From the human T2T-CHM13v2.0 reference genome, Homo sapiens: DNA of 64,000 nucleotides. Under the pieces are notes generated by a model. The model did not search any database. It saw only the letters and a list, made by a program, of their open reading frames with translations, and was not told where the DNA came from. Below, one piece after another: positions 25,608-46,906 of the stretch (the first letter of the stretch is position 1; each line of letters opens with the position of its first letter). The position numbers were made by a program, and so were the translations under genes. The stretch is from the NCBI RefSeq assembly GCF_009914755.1, contig NC_060940.1; one strand, written 5' to 3'.

Positions 25608-27114
25608 TGTGTCCGGAATTGGTGGGTTCTTAGTCTCACTGACTTCAAAAATGAAGCCGCGACCCCTCGCGGTGAGTGTTACAGCTCTTAAGGTGGCGCG
25701 TCTGGAGGTTGTTCCTTCTGATGTTCGAATGTGTTCGGAGTTTTTTCCTTCTGGTGGGTTCGTCATCTCGCTGGCTCAGGAGTGAAGCTGCAGACCTTCG
25801 CGGTGAGTGTTACAGCTCTTAAGGCGGCATGTCTGGAGTTATTCGTTCCTCCCGGTGGACTCGTGGTCTCGCTGGCTTCAAGAGTGAAGTTGCAGACTTT
25901 CGCGGGGAGTGTTACAGCTCATAAAAGCAGTGTGGACCCACAGAGTGAGCACCAGTAAGATTTACTGCAAAGAGCGAAAGAACAAAGCTTCCACAGTGCG
26001 GAAAGAGACCCGAGCGGGTTACCACTGCTGGCTCGGGCAGCCTGCTTTTATTCTCTTATCTGGCCCCACCCACATCCTGCTGATTGGTAGAGCCGAGTGG
26101 TCTGTTTTGACAGGGTGCTGATTGGTGCATTTACAATCCCTGAGCTAGATACAAAGGTTCTCCTCGTCCCCATCAGATTAGTTAGATACAGAGCATCTAC
26201 ACAAAGGTTCTCCAAGGCCCCACCAGAGCAGCTAGATACAGAGTGTTGATTGGTGCACTCACAAACCTTGAGCTAAACACAGGGTGCTGATTGGTGTGTT
26301 TACAATCCTTGAGCTAGACATAAAGTTTTTCCAAGGCCCCACCAGAGCAGCTAGATACAGAGTGTCGATTGGTGCACTCACAAACCTTCAGCTAAACACA
26401 GGGTGCTGATTGGTGTGTTTACAATCCCTGAGCTAGACATAAAGGTTCTCCAAGTCCCCACCAGACTCAGGAGCCCAGCTGGCTTCACCTAGTGGATCCC
26501 GCACCGGGGCTGCAGGTGGAGCTGCCTGCCAGTCCCGGGCGGTACGCTCGCACTCCTCAGCCTTTGGGTGGTCGATGGGACTGGGCGCCGTGGAGCAGGG
26601 GGTGGTGCTCGTCGGGGAGGCTTGGGCCGCACAGAGCCCATGGAGTGGGTGGGAGGCTCAGGCATGGCGGGCTGCAGGTCCCAAGCCCTGCCCCGCGGCA
26701 AGGCAGCTAAGGCTCAGTGAGAAATCGAGCGCAGCACCGGTGGGCTGGCACTGCTGGGGGACCCAGTACACCCTCCGCAGCCGCTGGCCGGGTGCTAAGT
26801 CCCTCATTGCCCGGGGCCGGCAGGGCCGGCCGGCTGCTCCGAGTGCGGGGCCCGCCAAGCCCACGCCCACCCGGAACTCCAGCTGGCCTGCAAGCGCCGC
26901 GCGCAGCCCCGGTTCCCACTCGCGCCTCTCCCTCCACACCTCCCTGCAAGCTGAGGGAGTGGGCTCCGGCCTTGCCCAGCCCAGAAAGGGGCTCCCATAG
27001 TGCAGCGGTGGGCTGAAGGGCTCCTCAAGTGCCGCCAAAGTGGGAGCCCAGGCAGAGGAGGCGCCCAGAGCGAGCCAGGGCTGTGAGGACTTGCCAGCAC
27101 GCTGTCACCTCTCA
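25608..27114 (-). mobile_element. Solo LTR12C-type (HERV9/ERV9) LTR, 1507 bp, same orientation as DNAH3
   Basis: Minus strand starts TGAGAGGTGACAGCGTGCTGGC and ends CCAATTCCGGACACA; 4-bp TSD cttt at 25604-25607 and 27115-27118; CpG-rich U3, tandem CCAAT subrepeats, three U5 repeats. Confidence 0.92.
26041..26460 (-). promoter_or_regulatory. LTR12 promoter/enhancer core: six CCAAT (NF-Y) boxes, GT/GC box, GATA site and AATAAA TATA-like element
   Basis: attgg on + at 26083, 26121, 26249, 26290, 26368, 26409; minus strand reads GTGGGTGGGGCCAGATAAGAGAATAAAAGCAGG near 26041-26073. Activity not shown. Confidence 0.7.
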
Positions 27115-27284
27115 CTTTCACTTACCTTATACGCGCCAAATCCATTCTCCCCTGCTAATTTGGTATCCTTATATCATCTATCTGTCTAATCTATCATCTA
27201 TCATCTTTCTGTGTATCTATAGATCTATGTATCTGTCTAATCTATAATTGTTAGATATCTGTATTTATTTATATAGATATATAC

Positions 27285-33668
<6,384 letters not shown>

Positions 33669-34194
33669 TCAGTATGAAGATTCTTAACCAATAATGTATA
33701 TCAGAATAGAAGTACAGATCTATAGGACTGGGTGGATCAAGTTGCACGTGAAGCAATATATCCACTGATTATTTATTTGCTATTTTTATTGTTATTAATT
33801 TTGCTTAGGGCACTTTGGGTTAGGCATTCTGTCTCTGGCAACCTAAAGAATTATAACGAATACAATGGATGACTGTCATGCACCCCTAGTTGAGGCTTCT
33901 GGATGGAGCCTCCCTCCCGGAACACATGCTGGCCACACTGAACTCTCCTTTTCCTATGAGACTCTCTGTTTCTCTAGGGCCTAGCCAAACACTCCTCACA
34001 TCTTCTTGCCATCGTCCCCTTCTATTTCACACAATTTCCAACATGAAGCCTGTAGCCTACACATGCTTCTGCTCCATGCTCCTGCCACGTGGTTTGGCAG
34101 GACAGACTGTGGCACACCAACCCACCTTTCATAAAGGTGGCCCAGCTCTGCTGGGGATGGAGGGAAAGAGGAATGAGCTCTTCCCTTCACATAC

Positions 34195-34374
34195 CAGTAA
34201 TGTCATTCCTTCCTCCCCCGGGGGGCCCCATGGCTGTCACGAGCAGCATGTCCACGATGTCCAGCCTGGTTGTGTCTTTTTTGTCAAACCAGTAACCATG
34301 GTCAATCCACTGCCTCAGGAGCTCGATGGGTGGCTGGGCCCCATACACCTCTTTGGCTGGCATGTTGAGGTCAT
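34195..34374 (-). CDS. DNAH3: Exon, 180 nt: AAA3 Walker B region (D)[25 protein letters not shown]...[13 protein letters not shown]
   Basis: Acceptor tttccccag|AT, donor CTG|gtatgt; phase 1 to 1. Confidence 0.95.
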
Positions 34375-34507
34375 CTGGGGAAAGAAACCACAGATACAGC
34401 CATTGCAAGTTCATGGCATCTTCTGCTCTTACAGAGGTAACAGATGGCAATTCCCCTGTAGGGGAATCTGTTCCCAGGTTTCCATTCCCCATTCCAGTTA
34501 GGGCTTA

Positions 34508-36176
<1,669 letters not shown>

Positions 36177-36855
36177 TAAGATTTGAAACCAGATCTGTTT
36201 GGCTGCAAAGCTTACCCTGTTTTTGAATATACCATAAAAATAGGGAGGGAGAGCAAGATGGAGAAAAGGAGAAAAAGAGGAAGAGAAAAGGAATGTAAAA
36301 TAAAATAGGACCCCTGCCTCTGAGGGGCTGTTAGTTGGCAAGGACATGAACTCAGGCAATATTTCCTCTGAATACATGAGTTTTAAAGGCATATCCTGAA
36401 ATAATCCAGAAGTGTGGGGCATTACTATTGCTAGATGAGAACGCTACGTGTCAACAGCAAGATAGTGGAAAATATAATGTATTTGGCACCAAAAAGCCTG
36501 GGTCTGGGTCACAGCTCCAGAATGTTCTAGATATTTGATCTCAAACAGGAAATTTAACCTTCTGGAGCCTCAATGCACTGACTAGTAAAATGACAATGAT
36601 GGTTAATAAGCTCACAGGGTTGTGGGGCTCAAGTGACCGAAGTGAGGAAACGCTTTGTAAATAGTTACAGTCCTGGGAAAATTCACTGTGCTTATTTCAC
36701 AAATGTTTGGCAAGTATTAGGTTCCTCCATTTAGTGATAACACATTTATCTGACAGAAAATGGAATAAGGGGTTTATCACAAGGTGTGTGTTGCTTTTGG
36801 AAATGCCAGCGGGCAAACAGCACAGCCCCCTTCTGAAATTACTACTTCCACTACA

Positions 36856-36988
36856 AGGAAGAGAGGAAGGAAAGAAAGAAGGAAGGAAGGAGAAAAGGAG
36901 GAAAGAAGGAAGGAAGGAGAAAAGGAGGGAAGAAGGAAAGGAGGGAGGGAGGGAGGGAAGGAGGAAGGAGAAAAAGAAGAGGAGAGAA
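36856..36988. repeat. Pure purine (GGAA/GGGA)n tract
   Basis: Directly visible. Confidence 0.88.
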
Positions 36989-37134
36989 TGAATACTAAGC
37001 TATATTAACTGGAAATATTTGATCTCCCAGGGAGAGTAAAGGTATGTACAGTGGCACCACAAGCAGAAGCTATAGTTTGCTGCAGCTTATGGTGGAAGAA
37101 TCTGGTTGTGTCCAGACCCAGCCCAATGCCTTAC

Positions 37135-37429
37135 CCACAAACACCACTGCTTTCTTCCCTATGGGAGGCCCGAAAAGGCCCTTCCGTCGTCGATCCAGCT
37201 TGGACATGATGATATCCTGGGTCTGATTGGCTGAGGTTCTGGCAGAGAAATTGATGCAGTTGGGTAGGTACGTATTTTTGGGAAGGTGGAGAAGGAAGTT
37301 GTTGGTGATGGCTGATTTGCCAGTGCCTGTGGGACCCACGAACAGCATTGGAATCTCATGGTCTAAGTAGGTTTTCAAGAAGAAGGACTGCCGGGCTGTC
37401 TCCATTGTGGGGATGATGAGTTCTGAGAC
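37135..37429 (-). CDS. DNAH3: Exon, 295 nt: AAA3 with Walker A GPTGTGKS
   Basis: Acceptor ggtacag|GTC, donor TGG|gtaagg; [20 protein letters not shown]; phase 0 to 1. Confidence 0.95.
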
Positions 37430-37489
37430 CTGTACCACACAGACATGGGAGAGTCTCGGTTGTGGGCCCAGGAAGCTGGAGGTCTTGGC

Positions 37490-37810
37490 ATTCAAGAGAC
37501 CTGGGTTTACATTCTAGCTCCATCCCTTACTATCTTTATGACCTTAGGCGAGTCTTTAACCTCTCCATGGGCCTCAGTTTCTTCATCTGTGAAAAGGGGA
37601 TAATAATGGCACCTAATTCACAGAGCTGGCTTGAGGATTAAACAAGATCATGCATGTAAAGTTGGGCATTACTGTCTGTGTGTTGTAGATGAGAAGACTG
37701 GGTCGAGAGCCTTTCTGCAACCTGCTCAAGTAACACAGCAAGTAAGTGAAAATGCAGGGATTTGAATACCAGCTTGTCTGATTCCAAAGTCTACAGTCTT
37801 CACTACTGAA
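37490..37810. mobile_element. MIR fragments
   Basis: gggcctcagtttcttcatctgtgaaaagggga core; similar MIR pieces at about 12040-12090, 14500-14660, 24420-24540, 36470-36670 and 48780-48970. Confidence 0.6.
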
Positions 37811-38299
37811 TGGTCATATTATAAACAGTTGTGGTAAGGATCAGTCCATAGCTGCTGTGCTCCTAGAGCATTGCTCTGAACCAACTTGTCTCCCTTGTCC
37901 CAGGCAAGGTCTACCTCCCCTATGCCATCATCACTGCCTGGCTCAGAGGGCTTAAGTGTGATCCTGAATCCCCATGATCTGTGCTTGTTTCTGATCTATT
38001 TTTTACAACACTCACATTCTTGGTTCTAAGACCCACCCTTACTAATCCCATGCCTTTTCCAATATGGGGATTGTATTAATACACACTTTTCCTGGTATTC
38101 AGGTCCCAGTTGGACTCTTAAGGCCGGGTCTCGGGCTCCTGGAATCCCTATTTGGACAGGGCACCTGACCTTGGCTTGGATTCTCTGAGTTTGAACCCTG
38201 TCATCAGCCATTTGGCTACATTTTGTCCCTCTATGGGGGAAGATGATTATATCATACACTGAAGTCTCCTTCTATGTCTAGGCTGAAAGGGACTAGACC

Positions 38300-38432
38300 T
38301 TGGGGCCACTGTGTTGTACAACTACAGAGAGTACCATTCACACCATGGATCATGTCAATGGTGCCTTCTAAAGCAAAACTGGACCGTGATGCAAATAGCG
38401 CCACCTAGGTCTGTGCGACATAATGGCCCTAT
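38300..38432. mobile_element. MER91-like (hAT-Tip100) palindromic fossil
   Basis: ttggggcc...ttgtacaact...accattcac...gtcaatggtgcc...ggccc pseudo-palindrome. Confidence 0.45.
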
Positions 38433-39342
38433 GTATACTGGTAGAAAAAGGCTCAGCTTCTTTCTACAAGCAATTTGATCAAAGGAAAAGAAACAGATGA
38501 GACAAGGGAATTAAAGTTGAGAAGAAGAGAAGTAACAGGTGCTTAAGTATGGGTGTTTTGCCTGTATTACCCCCTACAGTCTTCCCAGTAACCTTCTAAG
38601 GCAGGTATGTAATAACACAGATGAAATAAATGAGGCTCGAAGAAACTGGCTAACTTATCCAAAGCCATATAGCCAGCAAGTGAGGCTAAATGCAGAACTA
38701 GGTTCAAGATGCGTATTTTGCTACTAAGACTGGGAGTTTAAAGCAAGTTGGGTTTCATAGATGTTTATTTTCAGGAACTAGGACAATTGTTTGACAAGGG
38801 AAAAATCTCCAGAACTGAAGATATTTTCTTCATTGGACTCTTTTACTTGTGTTAATTCAGCAAGATTGCAAATCCCTGGAGCTCAAGTGACTAAGCTCTT
38901 TTTGGAGAATTAAAGTTTAGGACCTCAGTGCTGGGGGTTGCTTTACAACACTCAGCCCCCAAGGTGTGTCCTGAAGTCAGCACACATTCACCCTGCTTGA
39001 CACATCCTTACACATACAGCTGTGGTCCTGCGTGGTGTCTGACTTGGTTGTCAATATCTGTACTTTCTCCACCACCTACCACTCCACCCAGGGCCTGAAC
39101 AATCTCCAGTCACTTCAGAAAGATAAACTATGCCCACTAGATTCTACTAACAGGGACATAAAAGCTCTCTGAAAAAATGTTCCACAAGGATTGAAAAGAG
39201 CAGGAGTTGTAGGTGTATCATTTTCTAATCAGAAAACTTATTAATCAAAACCTACTTTTCAGAGAATTCTGATCAAGAAAATCTTTCTCTGAGGATTCAA
39301 AGAATCCTTTTTTGCTGAGATAACTGAGAAGCACACTGATGA

Positions 39343-39945
<603 letters not shown>

Positions 39946-40020
39946 TTAATTCTTCCACCTGAGAGAATATTTGGATGATTCTGGAAACCAAAGTTCCATG
40001 GCCAATGATTCTCTTTATAC

Positions 40021-40124
40021 CTTTGCACCAGCTGGAACTTTTTCCTCCTCTTTGGTGATATACTGTGTCCACGTTTCCCAATGTCCACTAGCTTGTTTGA
40101 TAAAATAAAAATCATAGATGCTTC
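40021..40124 (-). CDS. DNAH3: Exon, 104 nt: (G)SIYDFYFIKQASGHWETWTQYITKEEEKVPAGAK (not shown in this frame by the ORF track)
   Basis: Acceptor gggtccag|GA, donor AAG|gtataa; phase 1 to 0; dynein .YD......W..W motif. Confidence 0.9.
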
Positions 40125-40528
40125 CTGGACCCAAAGAAACAAAACAGATCATTAGCACATGAAGGCTTTACTTGCCTCCCATATTTGAGGATTTTAAGTC
40201 CCTCAGTTATCAGCATATGAAAATGTGTAACTACCAGTACTGGCATAGTTGTGGTGAAACTTATACATTGCTGGAAAGTGTATAAACTGAAACAACACTT
40301 TTTAAAGAGTAGTGACTTTATTATTTGTGTAAAAATGATAGGTGCTAATTATGCAAATTATTAAATTAGTTTTCATAATGTAAACAGCAAGTATTAAAAT
40401 AGAACAAGGCCAGGTACAGTGGCTCACGCCTGTAATCACTGGACTTTGGGAGGCTGAGGTGGGTGGATCACCTGAAGTCAGGGGTTCGAGACCAGCCTCG
40501 CCAACAGGGTGAAACCCCATCTCTACTA

Positions 40529-40717
<189 letters not shown>

Positions 40718-41195
40718 TTAAAAAAAAGAACAAAAAAAGAAGACAATAAGTTAGTCAAAATCCCACATCCAGAGATAACTTTTGATGGCAATCCTTCTAG
40801 CCCTCTTTCTAGACACACAAACATACTGAAGATGGAAAGACAGATAGATGAAAGAAAGGATTTTATAAGAAGGGGACTCATTGGACATATACTATTTTAA
40901 AATAACTATGTTAAAGTTAATTTTACTTAAATCTAGCAAAAGAAAAGGAGATTGAAGTGAAACTGAAGGACCTGCTGACTTTCAGGTACAGTTTTTGTCA
41001 CTACAAGAGATACTGGGTCCTAAAAGGTATTTCATAATTTTAAGTCATTAAGGGATTAAAGTCATTATGCTTTATAAGTCATTTAATGTTATTTTGTTGT
41101 ATTTTAACTTTCTATTGTGAGAAAAATTTAAAAAATGAAAGTAAGGAGAATAGTATAATAAACCGTCCTGTACGCATTATCCAGCCTCAACATGA

Positions 41196-41696
<501 letters not shown>

Positions 41697-42035
41697 TAAG
41701 GCAAATCCTGATATCAGACCATTTCAATTGTGAATACAAACGATTCAAGTTTAGACCAATTTCATTGATTCCTTTGTGAACTGTGAGGTGATTAACTCTT
41801 CCTTCCAGCTCCCCTTCTCTGGTTCCTTTTGTTGTCATTGACACTATAACTTTCACTTTGTCAGGGTTCATATTCATTTATGTTTTTTTCTGCAACCATA
41901 ATTTCCCCATTCCTTAGTCTTATGTTTATATTTCAATAGATTCACTGCTCAAACTTTTAAATAGATTCAATGCTCAGGGCTTTTAACACAGACCACTTAA
42001 GAGTTCTTTGTTTTAATTCATCTCTTAGTTGACTA

Positions 42036-42314
42036 ATTTTCTTCCTCTTTCTCTTCTTTCTCTCGTCTCTTTCTTTTCTTTCTTTCTTTTTCTTTTTCTT
42101 TCTCTTTCTCTCTCCCTCCTTCCCTCTCTCCTTCTGTATTTCCTTCCTTCCTTCCCTCCCTCCCTTCTTCCTTCCTTCCCTCCCTTCTTTCTTTCTTTCC
42201 TTCCTTGCTTCCCTCCTTCCCTCCTTCCCTCCCTCCCTCCCTTCCTTCCTTCTTTCCTTCCTTCCTTCCTCTCTTTCATTCTTTCTCTCTTTTTCTCTTT
42301 TTTCTTTCTTTTTT
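42036..42314. repeat. Pyrimidine (TTCC/TTTC/TCCC)n tract grown from an Alu tail
   Basis: Directly visible, contiguous with the Alu at about 42300. Confidence 0.88.
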
Positions 42315-42340
42315 GAGACAGGTTCTCACTCATTGCCTAA

Positions 42341-42658
<318 letters not shown>

Positions 42659-43249
42659 TGAGAATGACCGCCTGCTGCTTTTGTATTTTAACAGTGAGAG
42701 TAATAGTCTATGTCATATTTTCTTGTCTTCTAAGGTATGCAGACATTGCTCTATTCTTTTTTTTTTTTTTTTGCATTTTAAATTGCTGTGCAGAAACTGA
42801 GGCCCATCAGATATTTACCTGGAAGTCCAATAATTTAATTATGTTATATTTTCTGGTCAATTATTATGTATCAGTTTTCCTTAGAGCATAGCATACTCTT
42901 ACAATTGGTAGAAACAACTGTTCATTTTAAGAGAAGTTTCTGCATCTGTATCTTTGTATATATTATTTATACTATTGATTGGAGTTCTTAAGGAACTAGC
43001 ATTATTTGGTCTCCATATCAATTGTATTGTCTCTGATTACTTCAATGTTTTTCTCTTCTGTTGTATGTGTAATTATCTCAAACCTTATTTCTAAGCAATA
43101 TAGTAGATGTCTAGCCTTGCATACTTTATTTCTCGCTGGTTCTAATTCACTTATTAGATCATTAATGGCATTATTTTATTCCCAATCTGTTTCTCTGACT
43201 CTGCAGTTCCTCTATTTCTCTAATTTAGTAGTTTTATCACTTCATCTAC

Positions 43250-45010
43250 AAACTTTCTACAGCTTTACTGAAATGTAATTTACATATCATATAATCCAAC
43301 TAGTTCAAGTGTACAATTCAGTTGTACTTTTAGCATACCAAAACCACATGTACATGTAAATATATTAATATTCACAGAGTTGTGAAACCATTACCACAAT
43401 CAACTTTAGAACTTTTCATTACATTGGATAGAAACCCCACACCTCTTAGCCGTCACCTGCCAAATCCCTCTCCCACCCACTTCATACCCTGGCAACCTCT
43501 AATCTACTTTCTGTCTCTATAAATTCGCCTATTCTGCCTATATAAAGGGAATCATATAATATGTGTTCTTTTGCGACTGGCTTCTTTCACTTAAAAAAGT
43601 GTTTGTGTGTGTGTGTCTATTTGAGACCAGGCCTAGCTGTCACCCAGGCTGGAGTGCAGTGGCACAATCTTGCTCATTGCAACCTCAACCTCCTGGACTC
43701 AAGTGATCCTCTTGCCTCAGCCTCTCAAGTAGCTGGGACAACAGGCATGCACCACCACGTCTGGCTAATTTTTGTAGAGACGGGGTTTTTGCTATGTTGC
43801 CCAGGCTGGTCTTGAACTTAGCTCAAGTGATCTGCTCACAATTGGATTGTATAACTTTTGAGTTAAATTAAATTGGATTGTGTTTAACTTTGGAGGAAGT
43901 GTCACAGCCTCTTTTTCAAAGCTACTGCACCATTTTACATTTCCATTATGGTAGATGAGAGTTCTGATCTTCCTGCATCCTCACCAATACTTGTTGTTTT
44001 TCATCTTTTTAATTACACCCATCCTAGTTATTGTAAAGTAAGTATCTCATTGTGGTTTTAATTTGCATTTCCCTGATGGCTAATAACATTGAGCATCTTG
44101 TCATGGGCTTATTGGCCATTTGTATATCCTTTTTTTTTTTTTTTGAGGCAGGGTCTCACTCTGTCACCCCGGCTGGAGTGCAGTGGTATGATCTTGGCCA
44201 CTGCAACCCCTGCCTTCTGGGCTCAGGTGATCCTCCTGCCTCAGCCTCCCAAGTAGCTGGGACTACAGGCAGGCACGCACCATCATGCTTAGCTAATTTT
44301 TGTATTTTTTGTAGAGATGGGGTTTCGCCATGTTGCCCAGGCTGGTCTCAAAATCCTGGGCTCAAGTGATTTGCCCACCTCAACTTCCCAAAGGCATGAG
44401 CCCCAGTGTGCCTGGCCTGTATATCTTCTGTAAATAACGGTCTATTCAGATATTTTGCCCATTTTATATAGTGTTATTTGTCTTTTTATTATTAAATTAT
44501 CATCACTCTATATATTCTAAATTTGAGTCCCTTATAAGGTACATAATTTGTAATAAATTTCACCCATTCTGTGGGATTTTTCATTTGATGTTGTCCTTTG
44601 AAGCACGAAAGTTTTTAATTTTAATGATGTTCAGTTTACCTATTTTTTCTTTTGTCACTTGTGCTTTTGTTGTCTTAAGACATCATTGCCTACTCCAAAT
44701 CATAAAAATGTGCATCTATGTTTTCTTCTAAGAGTTTTATAGTTTTAGCTTTTACATTTAAGTCTTTGACCTATTTTGAGTTAATTTTTCACTATAGTGT
44801 GAGGCAGAACTACAAATTCACTCTTTTACATGTATAATTCAGTTGTTCCAGCACGATTTGTTGAAAAGATCATTCTTTTCCTATTTAATCATCTTGGCAC
44901 CATTGTCAAAAATCAAGTCACCATAAATGCAAGAGTTTTCTTTCTGGACTGTCAATTCTATTCAATTAATCTATATTTCTGTTCTTTTGCCAGTATACCA
45001 TACTATTCAT
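43250..45010 (-). mobile_element. Old L1M 3' region, interrupted by two Alus
   Basis: Reverse-complement L1 motifs (gtggttttaatttgcatttccctgatggctaata, cagcacgatttgttgaaaaga). Confidence 0.72.
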
Positions 45011-46799
45011 TTATGAACTTAAAAATTTAAACTTCTATTATTACAAAATTCTTTCAACAGAAATATTTTCTGGCTCTTGGTTCATGTTTTCTGTTAAACA
45101 TTCTCTCTCTCTCTCCTCTGTCTCTCTCTCTCTCTGATGTGTGCATGATTGCCTTACCATTCTGCTCTGATATAATTGGGTAAATTCTTCTTGACATGTT
45201 TCCCAACATTATCTGGGGCCAGTTTATCTTATCTACAGTGTTGGCCACTATTTAAGGAATGGTGTGTGGCTTTCTTTCCTATAGCCTTAATCCATAGGGT
45301 TGGGTAAAGGGAAAAGCTCAGTTACCCTTGCTGGAAAATCTGAGCACTGTACCCTCTCTCTGAAATCTGTCTACATTTCCTGAACCATGGGTCCATCTCA
45401 CTCCCATCCTAGCTAGTGATGTGCCCCACTCCCGAAGGATTCACCTCATGTCCCCACGCAGCATAGGGTTCTGGAAGATGCAAAACCTGGCGTTTTTTCC
45501 CATCCCTACTAAGGTCCTCCAGCATCACACAGGGGCTTCCATGATGGAGAGTTTCTCTTAGACCTTTTGTGCAGCTGCCCAGCCATCATCATGGTCCCCT
45601 TTCCTCTCCGTTGGTGATTTCCAGCGAGAACTCAGAGTGTTGTCAACTGACCTGCTTTCCTCTCCCCATCACTCTTAGCAAGACAGAGGGGTGGCAGGTT
45701 CTGAGTTGGGAGATACGCCAGGCCAGAATCTTGTTTTCTCTCCTTATTCACTACTTCACAATGCTTGTAGAATTAAGTTGTAATTCATTCTTTGGTTATT
45801 GCTGGGTACTTTTTAGGATTAAAAAACGTTTGTTGTTGCTGATTTTGTTAGGTATTTTAAAAGTGAGCTTCTGTTATTCTACGTCACTCTGCAGCCTTAC
45901 CTAGAAGTAAATCTGGTGCAACACTTTTAGAAAGCAATCTGGCACAATGCTTACAGAGCGACGAGAATGTTCTCTAAGTCAGAAATCCCATTTCTGGGAA
46001 TTTATCATAAGGAAATAATTCACAATGAAAATAATCTGTATACATGAGTATGCAACACCATCTGTGATAGCAAAGAAATAACTTACATATCCTACATTAG
46101 GAGACAAGTAAAATTAGCTCTTATAAGATGGATGGAATATTCTTTGGTCATTAAAATGATAGTTGCAAAAGCTAAGTATTAGCATAGAAAATGCTTTTAA
46201 GAAACAATGATAGATAAAAATAGACTACAGAGTGAAATATATACCATTATGGTAACCATGTAAAGAGATGAAATCAGGTAGACAAGCAAGGAAACGGATT
46301 TTTTGAAAACTGAAATGACTGTGATACGGTGGTATGAACAAAGAGATACTTAAGGATAATTTTTATTTAATAGAATAGAATCGCTTTTACAATAAAAAGG
46401 AGATACTAAAAGACTGAATTGGTAAAATATTTTTCCCTCTTCCTTTGCTGATGTTGAGCTAGAGCTAATTTGTGGCTTGATTTGGGAACATTTAGGCTAA
46501 TGAGAAAAGATTTGGCTGGGTGTGGTGGCTTATGCCTATAATTCCAGCACTTTGGGAGGCCAAGGTGGATGAATCACTTGAGTCTGGAAGTTGGAGAACA
46601 GGCTGAGTAAATGGCAAAATCCTGTCTCTATAAAAAATACAAAAATTAGCCAGGCATGGTGGCATGTGCCTGGAGTCCCAGCTACTTGGGAGGCTGAGGT
46701 GGGATCACCTGGGCCTGGGGCACTAAGACTGCAGTGAGCCGTGATGAGCCGTGACTACGCCACTGCACTCCAGCCTGGACAAGAGAATGAGGCTCTGTC

Positions 46800-46906
46800 A
46801 AGAAAAGAAAAGAGGAGAGGAGAGGAGAGGAGGGGAGGGGAGGGGAGGGGAGGGGAGGAAAAGAAGGAAGGGAAGGGAAGAGGAGAAGAGAAGAGAAGAG
46901 AAAAGA
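46800..46906. repeat. (GGAGA)n/(GGGGA)n/(GAAGA)n purine pentamer tract grown from an Alu tail
   Basis: Directly visible. Confidence 0.88.

Noticed and set aside
25660-26460. Regularly spaced direct repeats resembling a CRISPR-like array
   Set aside because: These are the known U5 and U3 tandem subrepeats of LTR12 in primate DNA; the intervening sequences are not unique spacers and there are no cas genes.
26489-27247. GC-rich ORFs and CpG-island-like sequence suggesting a separate gene
   Set aside because: Almost entirely within the U3 region of the LTR12C; these are the usual spurious LTR12 translations.
33831-33842. RFX X-box-like gtctctggcaac (and gtttcctagtgat near 12464) as ciliary enhancers
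   Set aside because: Partial matches of this quality are expected by chance in 64 kb; there is no supporting context.
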